From Candidatus Magasanikbacteria bacterium RIFCSPHIGHO2_01_FULL_33_34 (GTDB taxonomy: Bacteria; Patescibacteriota; Patescibacteriia; Magasanikbacterales; UBA922): a DNA stretch of 42,352 nucleotides. Of this stretch, positions 33,327-42,247 are shown piece by piece. The DNA lies in assembly GCA_001782825.1 (NCBI GenBank), contig MFPS01000003.1, positions 1 to 42,352 of the forward strand, read 5' to 3'. Made by a program: the position numbers and the translations under genes. The notes under the pieces are model-generated. The model was not told the DNA's origin. It worked only from the letters and a program-made list of their open reading frames with translations, and did no database searches. Each line of letters begins with the position of its first letter. Within the stretch, counting starts at the first letter, position 1.

Positions 33327-34403
33327 ATGTTAGCAGAAATAATGGCAGTTTATTTATTATTAGTATTAGTTTTTGCGATGAATCCATTGCGTAGAATGTT
33401 TTTACCATTACAAATGGATAAAAATATTTATTTTTTTGCAGGAAAACGCATAGAATATTTTGATTTTTTGAAGGGAGTGGCGATAATTGCGGTAATTATA
33501 GTTCATATTTCTTATCTCTCATTGATTTTATTTAAAGGTGAAGGCTCACTTTTTTTGTTTGAATTAAATAATTTGACTAGATTTGCTATACCATTTTTTT
33601 TGATTATTTCTGGTATATTGTCTACATTGAAATATAATCAAAAGATGGATTTAAAGAAGTATTATTTTGGAAAGTTTTTTAAATTGTATTTGCCTTTTGC
33701 ATTTTTTACAATACTAGTGGTATTTTTGCATGACAAAGATATTAGTAATTTGCCAAGTTATTTAGTCAATGGTTTGGCTTTGACACCTTATTATTTTGTA
33801 ATTTTAATATTACAATTATATATTTTATTTCCTTTATTAAGGCATTTGAAAGATAGCAGATTTTTTTTATTTTTTTCTTTTGTGGTATCACTAATATTTT
33901 TTACTTTTAATGACCTCAATACTATAAATGGAGTTATTTTGTTTCCAAAATTTTTATTCTTTTTCGTATATGGGATGTATTATAGGAATAATTTTATGAA
34001 TTATAAGGTAAATAAATCACATATAAAATATTGGTATTTTATTGTATTTATGTATATATTTGTTACTTTAATATTACCGGATCATTACTTCAATTTTCGA
34101 CCATTTTTTGGAATTGCTATTTTTAATCTGTTTTTTATATATAAAAAACAGATTATTGCTCAATTTGATGATTTGTATAATTTTTTAATTAATGTTGGTA
34201 AAAATAGTATTTGGATTTATTTTACACACTTTAGTTTGCTGGCGGGTTTATTTTATTTGTTAGGTTTGTTTTTGAATAATTTGTATGTTACAGTTTTGAT
34301 AGTTTTTGTTGTATCTTTACCACTTTCATTTTTAATAGGTAGTATATTTTCAAAAATTTATTCTAATATTTTAAATACATTATATGGAGCAAAAAACAAA
34401 TAA
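33327..34403 (+). CDS. Acyltransferase family 3 integral membrane protein
   Basis: RIEYFDFLKGVAIIAVIIVH start motif and about 10 TM helices, typical of the acyltransferase_3 family. Confidence 0.6.
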   Translation: MLAEIMAVYLLLVLVFAMNPLRRMFLPLQMDKNIYFFAGKRIEYFDFLKGVAIIAVIIVHISYLSLILFKGEGSLFLFELNNLTRFAIPFFLIISGILSTLKYNQKMDLKKYYFGKFFKLYLPFAFFTILVVFLHDKDISNLPSYLVNGLALTPYYFVILILQLYILFPLLRHLKDSRFFLFFSFVVSLIFFTFNDLNTINGVILFPKFLFFFVYGMYYRNNFMNYKVNKSHIKYWYFIVFMYIFVTLILPDHYFNFRPFFGIAIFNLFFIYKKQIIAQFDDLYNFLINVGKNSIWIYFTHFSLLAGLFYLLGLFLNNLYVTVLIVFVVSLPLSFLIGSIFSKIYSNILNTLYGAKNK

Positions 34404-34848
34404 TAAATTAATGATTACTTTTGCAATTATTTTTGTAATTAGTTTTGTAGTTATTAGGTTGATGCAATTTTATTGGAGTGATGCAAATATTGTTTTGGAT
34501 GGCAATAGGTTGAATGTATTGATTGCTAGAAATGCAGAACAACAATACAAAGGACTAAGTGATCGGGATGATCTTGGAGAATATGACGGTATGATATTTG
34601 TCTATCCCAATCCTTTTATTATTGGTGTAGTTATGAGGGATATGAGATTTCCTATTGATGTTGTGTGGTTTTATGATAATAAAGTAGTGGATATTGCACC
34701 GAATTTGCAATTAGAGCCAGGTGTTTCCAATGAAGATTTGAGGGTATATTTTCCACGTGATAAGGCTAATATGTTTTTGGAGTTGGAAGCTGGTTGGGTT
34801 GAGGAGCATCAATTGAAAATAGGGGATACACTTGAGTTTATAGAATGA
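34384..34848 (+). CDS. DUF192-family protein (membrane-anchored)
   Basis: GLSDRDDLGEYDGMIFVY...MRDMRFPIDVVWF...VVDI pattern characteristic of DUF192. N-terminal TM helix. Confidence 0.6.
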   Translation: MEQKTNNKLMITFAIIFVISFVVIRLMQFYWSDANIVLDGNRLNVLIARNAEQQYKGLSDRDDLGEYDGMIFVYPNPFIIGVVMRDMRFPIDVVWFYDNKVVDIAPNLQLEPGVSNEDLRVYFPRDKANMFLELEAGWVEEHQLKIGDTLEFIE

Positions 34849-34884
34849 TATTTTTGGCTGTGAGTAGCGTTTTTATATCTACAC

Positions 34885-34913
34885 TTGACTAATAATAGTA
34901 TTTTTGATATAAT
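34885..34913 (+). promoter_or_regulatory. rplU promoter (TTGACT-N17-TATAAT)
   Basis: TTGACT at 34885-34890, 17-nt spacer, TATAAT at 34908-34913. Confidence 0.65.
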
Positions 34914-34966
34914 ATTTGCGTTTCCTACATAGGTGGGATTATTACATATATTAAGATTATAAATTT

Positions 34967-35287
34967 ATGTTTGCAGTAATTGAAACAGGCGGAAAACAAT
35001 ATTTGGTAAAGACTGGGCAAGTTTTGAAAGTTGAAAAATTAGAAGCAGAACCTGGTAAACCATTTGTATTTGATAAGGTACTTTTACTTGCTAATGACGA
35101 TGGTACTGATGTTGAAATTGGTACTCCATATTTAGAAGGTGTAAGTATTTCAGCAGATATTGAAGAGCAAGGTAGAAGTAGTAAAATACGTGTAGTCAAA
35201 TACAAGAGAAAAGTTCGTTATAAAAGAGTGATTGGTCATCGTCAACATTTTACAAAAATAAAAGTAACTGACAAAAAGGCTAAATAA
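34967..35287 (+). CDS. rplU: 50S ribosomal protein L21
   Basis: MFAVIETGGKQYLVKTGQVLKVEKL...GHRQHFTKIKV is the canonical L21 sequence. Confidence 0.95.
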   Translation: MFAVIETGGKQYLVKTGQVLKVEKLEAEPGKPFVFDKVLLLANDDGTDVEIGTPYLEGVSISADIEEQGRSSKIRVVKYKRKVRYKRVIGHRQHFTKIKVTDKKAK

Positions 35288-35289
35288 TT

Positions 35290-35317
35290 AAAAAATTCCG
35301 ATAATTCGGAATTTTTT
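35290..35317. terminator. Bidirectional terminator hairpin between rplU (+) and recR (-)
   Basis: AAAAAATTCCGA-taat-TCGGAATTTTTT, a 12-bp stem with A and T runs on either side. Confidence 0.7.
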
Positions 35318-35918
35318 AATTGTCTTCAGTTCTATTTTTAATGGCGCCTTCTAGAGTGATTTCGTCAGCATATTGTAAATCACTTCCTACTGGTAGACCA
35401 CGAGCTAGACGGGTAATTTTTAGATTTGGGTTGAATATATTTATTTTTTGTCTCAAAAACATTATGGTTGTTTCTCCGGTCAAATCAGGATTAAAAGCCA
35501 GAATGATTTCATATATTTCATTATTTTTGATTCTATTTAGTAATTCATTTATTTTTAAGTCTTTTATTTGTCCCTTTTTGTCGGCTTTAATGACGCCACG
35601 TAATACGTGGTATAGTCCATTGTATTTACCGATTTTTTCAATTATTTGAATATTTTGGGAATCACTCACTACACAAATAGTGTGTTGGTCACGTTTTGTA
35701 TTAGAACATATTTCGCATGGACTTTTGTCAGAAAAGTCCCAACACATAGGACAGCTTTTTATATTATCACTAAGATTTGTTAGTACTTTTGATAGTTCAT
35801 TAACTTCTTTTTTGCCAGATTTTAATAAATGAAAAACATACCTTTCAGCAGTGCGTTGCCCAACTGATGGCAATTTACCAAAGGCTTTGATTAGGTTTTG
35901 GATTGGGATTGGGTACAT
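35316..35918 (-). CDS. recR: Recombination protein RecR
   Basis: LIKAFGKLPSVGQRTAERYVFHLL HhH motif, C4 zinc finger (CPMCWDF...CEIC) and a Toprim segment. Confidence 0.93.
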   Translation of the reverse strand: MYPIPIQNLIKAFGKLPSVGQRTAERYVFHLLKSGKKEVNELSKVLTNLSDNIKSCPMCWDFSDKSPCEICSNTKRDQHTICVVSDSQNIQIIEKIGKYNGLYHVLRGVIKADKKGQIKDLKINELLNRIKNNEIYEIILAFNPDLTGETTIMFLRQKINIFNPNLKITRLARGLPVGSDLQYADEITLEGAIKNRTEDN

Positions 35919-36019
35919 ATAATAGTTCCTAGTTCGGAGCCAATAGCCAATATTTAATTATATTTAGTTAATTTATATTGTTTTAATCAAATTATTGGCT
36001 ATGAACTACTGGCTATGAA

Positions 36020-36322
36020 CTAACTAAGTCCTGGAATGTTTGGTAATCCTCCCATTTCTTTCATTTTCATAGCCATTATTCGTTGCATTTTTTTCATAGC
36101 ATCGGCATGGGCATCTTTGATAGCATCTTGAAGCTTTTGTTTTTTGTCTGGATTGAGTAAATCATTATCAATTGCCAAGCCAGTCATTTTTAAATTGCCG
36201 TCCATTGTCATAACAACTTTGTCGCCCGCTGATTTTACAGTAACTGATTCTTTGCTTAGATTGTCCTGCATTTCTTTGGCTTGTGATCGTAGGTCTCTGA
36301 ATTGTTTTAGTTTATTTAGCAT
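36020..36322 (-). CDS. ybaB: Nucleoid-associated protein YbaB/EbfC
   Basis: 100 aa. MLNKLKQF...AQEMQDNL...VTVKSAGDKVVMTMDGNLKMTGLAID pattern, and classic ybaB-recR adjacency. Confidence 0.85.
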   Translation of the reverse strand: MLNKLKQFRDLRSQAKEMQDNLSKESVTVKSAGDKVVMTMDGNLKMTGLAIDNDLLNPDKKQKLQDAIKDAHADAMKKMQRIMAMKMKEMGGLPNIPGLS

Positions 36323-36370
36323 ATTATTTTATATGTAATATATAATAGTATTATTTATTCATGATTGTAT

Positions 36371-36485
36371 TAGTTCCAATTATTTATCTTTACTTCCTGC
36401 CTGCCGGCAGGCAGGATTCTCGCTTTGGCTCTGAGGGTGACGCTTGTTGAAGCGTCAAATCCGTAAAAATAAATAATTTGAACTA
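36371..36485 (+). repeat. Interspersed structured element, copy 5 (long form)
   Basis: Outer stem 36371-36393 / 36463-36485 (21 of 23 bp). Palindrome at 36396-36415. Core is attctcgctttggctctgagg + hairpin TGACGCT-tgttga-AGCGTCA + aatccg. Flanks are homologous to copy 3 out to about 36530. Confidence 0.9.
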
Positions 36486-36539
36486 GTACTTAATTATAAA
36501 TAATATTTTTAATTTTTACATTTTATATTTATAAATTAT

Positions 36540-37988
36540 TTAGAATTTTGGTATATGGGGTGTATTTGGAATATTTTGTGGTGGTGAAATTGCTGAAGAT
36601 GGTGGAGCCATATTTGTATATTCATTGTCAAGATTTTTGTAGCTGGCTTGAGTAGCGTCAAAAAATAATTTTACCATACCAGTAGGACCATTTCTATGCT
36701 TAGCTATATGTATTTCACCGATATTGCGTTCATCAGGTGGTATGTCTTCTTCACGATAATTTCTATCAGCTGATTTTCTATAAATAAACATAACTACATC
36801 AGCATCCTGTTCAATACTACCAGAATCTCGCAAATGTGACAACTTTGGAATAGCTGGTTTTGTTTGTTCAACAGCACGAGAAAGTTGTGAGAGGGCTAAT
36901 ACTGGTACATTGAGTTCACGAGCAATGCCTTTGAGATTTCTACTCATTTCAGCTACTTCTTGAACTCTATTCTCACTACCGCCTTTTTTGTGTGATTCCA
37001 TCAATTGCAAGTAGTCAATAATAAGTAATCCGAGTCCATGTTCAGCTTTTAGTCTACGGGCTTTTGTTCTGATTTGCATTACATTGTTTCCTGGTGTGTC
37101 GTCAATATAAATTGGAGCTTCTGACAAAATACCCATAGCGCGACCGATTCTAGGGAAATCATCGCTATCTGGCTTGTCGGACAAGTTTCCTGTACGCATT
37201 TTCCACAAATCAACCCCTGCTTCTGAACAGAGCAATCTATCTACCAATTGCTCTTTACTCATTTCTAGTGAGAATAATCCTACTGGTACTTTGTTTTTGA
37301 CGGCAGCATGCCTAGCAATATCTAGAGCAAAAGATGTTTTACCAACAGATGGACGAGCGGCTAGAATGACGAGATCGGATTTTTGTAATCCAGCTAATAA
37401 ATTATCCAGTTTTGTAAAACCAGTGGCGATTCCGCGTAATTTACCTTTGTCTTTGTGGAGTTCGTCCAATCTTTCAAAAGCATCATTCAATACAGTCCTT
37501 ATATCCGTAAAGGTTTTTTTGAGGTGTGTTTGGGTAACTCCATATAGTTCTTGTTGAGCTTCATCCAATAGGCTATCTATTTCATCTTCTTCATTGAAAG
37601 AAAGAGCGGTAATTTTGCTAGAAGCGGAAAGTAATTTGCGAAGAGTTGATTTTTTGCGTACAATTTGAGCGTAATGTTTGATATGAGAAGAGGTTGGTAC
37701 TGCGGTTGATAATCCTGATAAATAACTTCTTCCGCCTATATTATCTAATTTATTTTTTTCATTGAGTCTTGCGCTCAATGTCAAAAGATCAATCGGTTCA
37801 TTTTTGTTATAAAGTTCTACCATTGTTTCATAAATATCGCCATGAGCATTTTTATAAAAATCATCAGCTGAAATTTCATCGGCAATCTTGATCATGGCGT
37901 CTTTATCAATCAAAATAGCACCCAAAAGCGAGCGTTCAGCCTCTATATTTTGAGGAGGTATTTTTTCTTTATCTATTATATCCATCAT
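36540..37988 (-). CDS. dnaB: Replicative DNA helicase DnaB
   Basis: PPQNIEAERSLLGAIL N-terminal domain, Walker A (ARPSVGKTSFAL), Walker B (LLIIDYLQLM) and the RecA-like C-terminal domain. Proline-rich C-terminal extension. Confidence 0.95.
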   Translation of the reverse strand: MMDIIDKEKIPPQNIEAERSLLGAILIDKDAMIKIADEISADDFYKNAHGDIYETMVELYNKNEPIDLLTLSARLNEKNKLDNIGGRSYLSGLSTAVPTSSHIKHYAQIVRKKSTLRKLLSASSKITALSFNEEDEIDSLLDEAQQELYGVTQTHLKKTFTDIRTVLNDAFERLDELHKDKGKLRGIATGFTKLDNLLAGLQKSDLVILAARPSVGKTSFALDIARHAAVKNKVPVGLFSLEMSKEQLVDRLLCSEAGVDLWKMRTGNLSDKPDSDDFPRIGRAMGILSEAPIYIDDTPGNNVMQIRTKARRLKAEHGLGLLIIDYLQLMESHKKGGSENRVQEVAEMSRNLKGIARELNVPVLALSQLSRAVEQTKPAIPKLSHLRDSGSIEQDADVVMFIYRKSADRNYREEDIPPDERNIGEIHIAKHRNGPTGMVKLFFDATQASYKNLDNEYTNMAPPSSAISPPQNIPNTPHIPKF

Positions 37989-38135
37989 AAAAATATGATT
38001 ATATGATCTTTACTTGTTCTAATAGTATAGGATTTGTTCGTATAGTTCAACTATTATTTGGGGGTAGACTGTGGAGGGTATGTGGACGGCTTGAATTGCG
38101 AGGTGATTTACCATATAATTAGACTAATAAATGAT

Positions 38136-38233
38136 TAATGATTAAAAATTGTTATTCGCTCATTCTCGCTGTGGCTCCGAGGTGATTGCCTGTTGTGGCA
38201 ATCAAATCCGCTCATAACAATTTTTAATCATTA
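38136..38233 (+). repeat. Interspersed structured element, copy 6 (short form)
   Basis: Perfect 20-bp outer stem 38136-38155 / 38214-38233. Core is ctcattctcgctgtggctccgagg + hairpin TGATTGCC-tgttgt-GGCAATCA + aatccg. Confidence 0.9.
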
Positions 38234-38248
38234 TAAATTATTAAAATA

Positions 38249-39436
38249 ATGAAAATCTGTCTAATTACAAATCTTTATCCACCATATTCACGTGGTGGGG
38301 CAGAGCATGTTGTTTTTAAAACTGTTCGCGGAATGCTTGATCAGGGGCATGAGGTAGTAGTTATTACGACAACGCCAGATGATAATGAGGAAGATATTGG
38401 TGAATTTTTGAGTATTTATCATTATAAACCAAGTAATTTGTTTTTTTATACTCAAGCACATAAACATAATGTTTTCGTGCGTGCATTGTGGCATATAGTA
38501 GATATGTTTCATTTTGGTTCGGCTAGATATGTAAAAGATATTTTGGAGAAAGAAAAACCAGATGTTGTGCATACTCACAATTTGATGGGGATTGGTTTTT
38601 TGATTCCTGCTGTTATACGCAAATTAAAGATTAAACATTTGCATACAGTTCATGATGTTCAGTTGGTTGAGCCAAGCGGTATAATTTTAAAATTGAGAGA
38701 AAAAGATTGGCGATATAATGGATTACCAACCAAAATATATACTTGGTTTATGAGACATTTGATTGGCTCTCCTGATGTCGTGATTTCACCATCACAGTTT
38801 TTGTTAGATTTTTATAGTAGTAGAAATTTTTTTAAGAATTCAAAAAAGGTCATGCTTCGCAACCCGGTTACATTGGATGAAGTAGAAGGTAGCATTCATC
38901 AATACAATCATATAAGATTTCTTTATTTGGGGCAGATTGAAAAACATAAGGGGATTATTTTTTTGGTAGAAAGTTTTATTGATTTGTGCAAAAAACAAAA
39001 TATTCAAGCAGAATTAAATATTGCGGGTGACGGATCAGAGTTCAAGAAACTTCAGAGTATGGTTAAAGATCATGAAAATATTATTTTGCATGGAAAAGTT
39101 GATAGAGTAGAGTTACCAAAATTATTTGAGCAGACCAATATGACAGTAGTACCATCACTTTGTTATGAAAATTCTCCTACGGTTATATTTGAGAGTTTTT
39201 CTTTTGGGGTGCCAGTACTTGCTAGCCGAGTGGAAGGAATTGCTGAGTTAATAAAAGAAGGGGAAAATGGTATAACATTTGAAACAGGTAATATGACCTC
39301 TCTCCAAGAAAAAATATTATATTGTATTGAAAATATTGATGAAATAGTTCTTATGGGAGATAAGACTTTTTTGTCATTGGAAGGCCTTTCTCAAAGAGAT
39401 TATATTCAGAAGTTGGATGATTTGTATAATTGTTGA
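38249..39436 (+). CDS. Glycosyltransferase, GT4 (GT-B fold) family
   Basis: N-terminal MKICLITNLYPPYSRGGAEHVV and a C-terminal EX7E-like region (CYENSPTVIFESFSFGVPVLASRVEGIAELI). Confidence 0.85.
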   Translation: MKICLITNLYPPYSRGGAEHVVFKTVRGMLDQGHEVVVITTTPDDNEEDIGEFLSIYHYKPSNLFFYTQAHKHNVFVRALWHIVDMFHFGSARYVKDILEKEKPDVVHTHNLMGIGFLIPAVIRKLKIKHLHTVHDVQLVEPSGIILKLREKDWRYNGLPTKIYTWFMRHLIGSPDVVISPSQFLLDFYSSRNFFKNSKKVMLRNPVTLDEVEGSIHQYNHIRFLYLGQIEKHKGIIFLVESFIDLCKKQNIQAELNIAGDGSEFKKLQSMVKDHENIILHGKVDRVELPKLFEQTNMTVVPSLCYENSPTVIFESFSFGVPVLASRVEGIAELIKEGENGITFETGNMTSLQEKILYCIENIDEIVLMGDKTFLSLEGLSQRDYIQKLDDLYNC

Positions 39437-39437
39437 T

Positions 39438-41555
39438 TTAATTACTATATTCAAAAATCCAAACTTTTCCACCATCTATTATTAGCCAAGCGTTAGCAGT
39501 TTTTTTGGCGCCTTCTATTATTTTGTCTGCATTCGCCCAATAGGAATTTACTATAAAGTAAGATTTTTTTACATTGACTAGATTCATTGCTTCTATCATA
39601 TATTCTCGTTTTTGTCCTTCATAAAGCATTTTTCCGTATTGTTTGTAAAGCAATCCACCGGTTGGTACTGAATAGTAAAATATTTCACCATAAGGTGAAC
39701 TAAAATATTTTGCAAAGCTATAATTGGTAAGTGCGGCCGCTGAAACTAACTGATTTGATAATACTATATAGTCATATTGATTATGCCTGTTGTGAATCCA
39801 TTCAACCGCTTTGAAGTCATTGTCTGTTACATTGAGGCCAGGAAATCTAGCTTTTATATTTCGTTGAGGATAGCTTAAATAAAGAGAAATCATCAAAAGT
39901 ATAGAAGATAAAATTAAAATTTTAATTAAAAAGATTTTTTTAAATTTGTGATTTTTAGCTAATTTTATAATTGAATACAAAAAGTATCCAATAAAAGGTA
40001 AGAAAAATAATATACTGGCTTTTATCAGTCTGAGAGGGAAGTCACCTTGTTCATATGAAACAATGTCTGGAAAAATAACCCAGCTTCGTAAAAGCCAAGC
40101 AGAAATAATAAAACCAAATATAGAAATTGGGAATAAGTATAATAGTTTGTTTGTGTATTTTTTTTGATAAAGTATAAAGCCAATTATGCCAGTGATAATT
40201 GTGAATGGCACAATTAAACTTTGCCATATATAGAGTAGTTCATAAATAATTGGTGTATTTTTTGCATACCAATATGGTCTTGCAAATAAAGCAATAAATT
40301 TATTTATACTTAGTATTGGATTTGTAAATTCTGGCATTCCTGTTCCCGCTCTAATATTGTTTATAATGAACATTAATGGTAAAGATATAGTTAGAGCGAT
40401 TAATGAAAATAATAATATTGAGCTAAAGGCTAATTTGTTGAGTTGATATTTTTTTAAAAGAAATACAGCAATTGTAAATACAAACATTGGCATGCCTATA
40501 AGTGGGTGAGTACAAATTGTAGCTATGGCTAGTAGTAATAAAATTAATGGATTAAATTTGCCGTGCAAATATGCAAAGGCAAAAAAAACTATTAATATAC
40601 TAAACAATAAAGCTAAGTTATATGGCGTTGTGAGGTGTAGAGATAAGAAAGGTATAAAAGGTATGAGCCATACAGAATAGGCGGTGTATTTTGTGGTTGT
40701 ATTAAATGAATGTTTGAGTGAATATATAATACTAGCTGGTATAGTAAGTGAAGCTAATATAGGTACAAGGTATATATCTATATAAAACAAAGGAATATTT
40801 GTAATATGTTTCAGCCAAACTATAAGGCTGTATTGGCCAATATAGTAGGGTTGTTTTGGATTTATAAAACCATTATTTAAAATCCATGTTTCAGTAGCTC
40901 TGTGTACAAAAGCATCAAACCCATAACCCAATGGGTAGAGAATACTGGTAATAATAAAAGTAAGTAAAAGATGTAAGCTACTCAAAAGCACTCTTTCTTT
41001 TGTAGAGTTTCTGGTGTATAGAAGGAAAAATAGTAACCCAGTTGCAAGCGCATATAAAATAAAAAACCAATATTCAACTGCTTGCCATGGTGAAGGCATC
41101 AAATTTGTTGATCTGTTTAAGATTAAAGTAATAATTAGAAATATATCAATTCCTAAAAATAAGAAAATAATAGAAAAATGTCTAAGTTTAAATGTAATTT
41201 TTTCACGAAAGTTAAAGTTAAATTGTTTCTCAATTTCTTTTGGTGGTAATAAAAAAGTTAGAAGAGGTAAAATTATTATAATTAAGGAAGTAAGTTTTGT
41301 AACACCATATAGATAATAAGATATTGTATTTAAAATTATAAATAAAGATAGCAGTATTAGGAAGTTAAAGAAAAGATTGCCTTCTTTATTTTGTTTAAAC
41401 AATATAGCAAACCAAAAAATAATTGGAATGATATATAAAAATAAACCAAGTGTGCCAAAAAATGGCGATTGTATTATAGTTAGATTAAGTGTCAATAAAA
41501 CAGCCCCTAAAAGAGACCCAAAAAATAAAGACTGTTTATTCTTGATATTTTGCAT
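39438..41555 (-). CDS. Large polytopic membrane protein with a C-terminal soluble domain (possible GT-C-type glycosyltransferase or polymerase)
   Basis: 705 aa, with more than 14 hydrophobic helices followed by a ~150-aa non-membrane C-terminus. Convergent with and 1 nt from the GT4 gene. The family assignment is only inference. Confidence 0.45.
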   Translation of the reverse strand: MQNIKNKQSLFFGSLLGAVLLTLNLTIIQSPFFGTLGLFLYIIPIIFWFAILFKQNKEGNLFFNFLILLSLFIILNTISYYLYGVTKLTSLIIIILPLLTFLLPPKEIEKQFNFNFREKITFKLRHFSIIFLFLGIDIFLIITLILNRSTNLMPSPWQAVEYWFFILYALATGLLFFLLYTRNSTKERVLLSSLHLLLTFIITSILYPLGYGFDAFVHRATETWILNNGFINPKQPYYIGQYSLIVWLKHITNIPLFYIDIYLVPILASLTIPASIIYSLKHSFNTTTKYTAYSVWLIPFIPFLSLHLTTPYNLALLFSILIVFFAFAYLHGKFNPLILLLLAIATICTHPLIGMPMFVFTIAVFLLKKYQLNKLAFSSILLFSLIALTISLPLMFIINNIRAGTGMPEFTNPILSINKFIALFARPYWYAKNTPIIYELLYIWQSLIVPFTIITGIIGFILYQKKYTNKLLYLFPISIFGFIISAWLLRSWVIFPDIVSYEQGDFPLRLIKASILFFLPFIGYFLYSIIKLAKNHKFKKIFLIKILILSSILLMISLYLSYPQRNIKARFPGLNVTDNDFKAVEWIHNRHNQYDYIVLSNQLVSAAALTNYSFAKYFSSPYGEIFYYSVPTGGLLYKQYGKMLYEGQKREYMIEAMNLVNVKKSYFIVNSYWANADKIIEGAKKTANAWLIIDGGKVWIFEYSN

Positions 41556-41615
41556 AACCTAGTATTTTTAGAGCAAAAATAGTATACTTATTACAATTGG
41601 TAGTGTAGCAAAAAT

Positions 41616-42239
41616 ATGAAAATAATCCAATCTTATAAAATTAAGCATCCTGATTTGTTTGATTATTTAGAGGCTCATGAAGTGCATCCTCATGATCATT
41701 TGATGGCCAGAACTTTTTTGCGTTTGATCCCAAAGTCGGTAACTCCAAACAAAATTACTTTATTTAGGATATTTGCAACTCCATTTGTTTTTTTTCTTAT
41801 TCTTGAGGGCAATTATAAAGTTGGTGGCTTTGTTTTTTTGGCGGTAGCTTTTACAGATGCTTTGGATGGCTCACTGGCTAGGACTCGCAATATGGTTACT
41901 AAATTTGGTATGATGTTTGATCCATTGGCTGATAAGTTGCTTATAGGTACAATGGTTTTGCTTTTGGTTTTTGAGTATTTTAATCCTATGCTTGGTTTGG
42001 CTATTTTGGGGTTAGAGATTGTATTTATTTTGCTTGCATTTATATCAACATTCAAATTTAAGACAGTTCGGATGGCAAATGTTTGGGGTAAAATAAAAAT
42101 GTTGTTGCAAGTAACTGCAGTTTGCGTAACTCTTTTGGCTATATTTTTTAATTCACCGGGGTTATTGAGTTTAGCAGCTTGGATTTTTGGTTTGGCTATT
42201 GGCTTTGCAGTGGTAAGTCTATTTGCCCATGGAATATAG
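41616..42239 (+). CDS. CDP-alcohol phosphatidyltransferase family protein
   Basis: DALDGSLARTRNMVTKFGMMFDPLADK fits the D-x2-D-G-x2-A-R-x8-G-x3-D-x3-D signature. Confidence 0.85.
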   Translation: MKIIQSYKIKHPDLFDYLEAHEVHPHDHLMARTFLRLIPKSVTPNKITLFRIFATPFVFFLILEGNYKVGGFVFLAVAFTDALDGSLARTRNMVTKFGMMFDPLADKLLIGTMVLLLVFEYFNPMLGLAILGLEIVFILLAFISTFKFKTVRMANVWGKIKMLLQVTAVCVTLLAIFFNSPGLLSLAAWIFGLAIGFAVVSLFAHGI

Positions 42240-42247
42240 TTATTTGT

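Noticed and set aside
12188-38233. Whether the six repeats could be a CRISPR array or its remnants.
   Set aside because: The copies are kilobases apart and each sits in a different intergenic region. There are no regularly spaced spacers and no cas genes.
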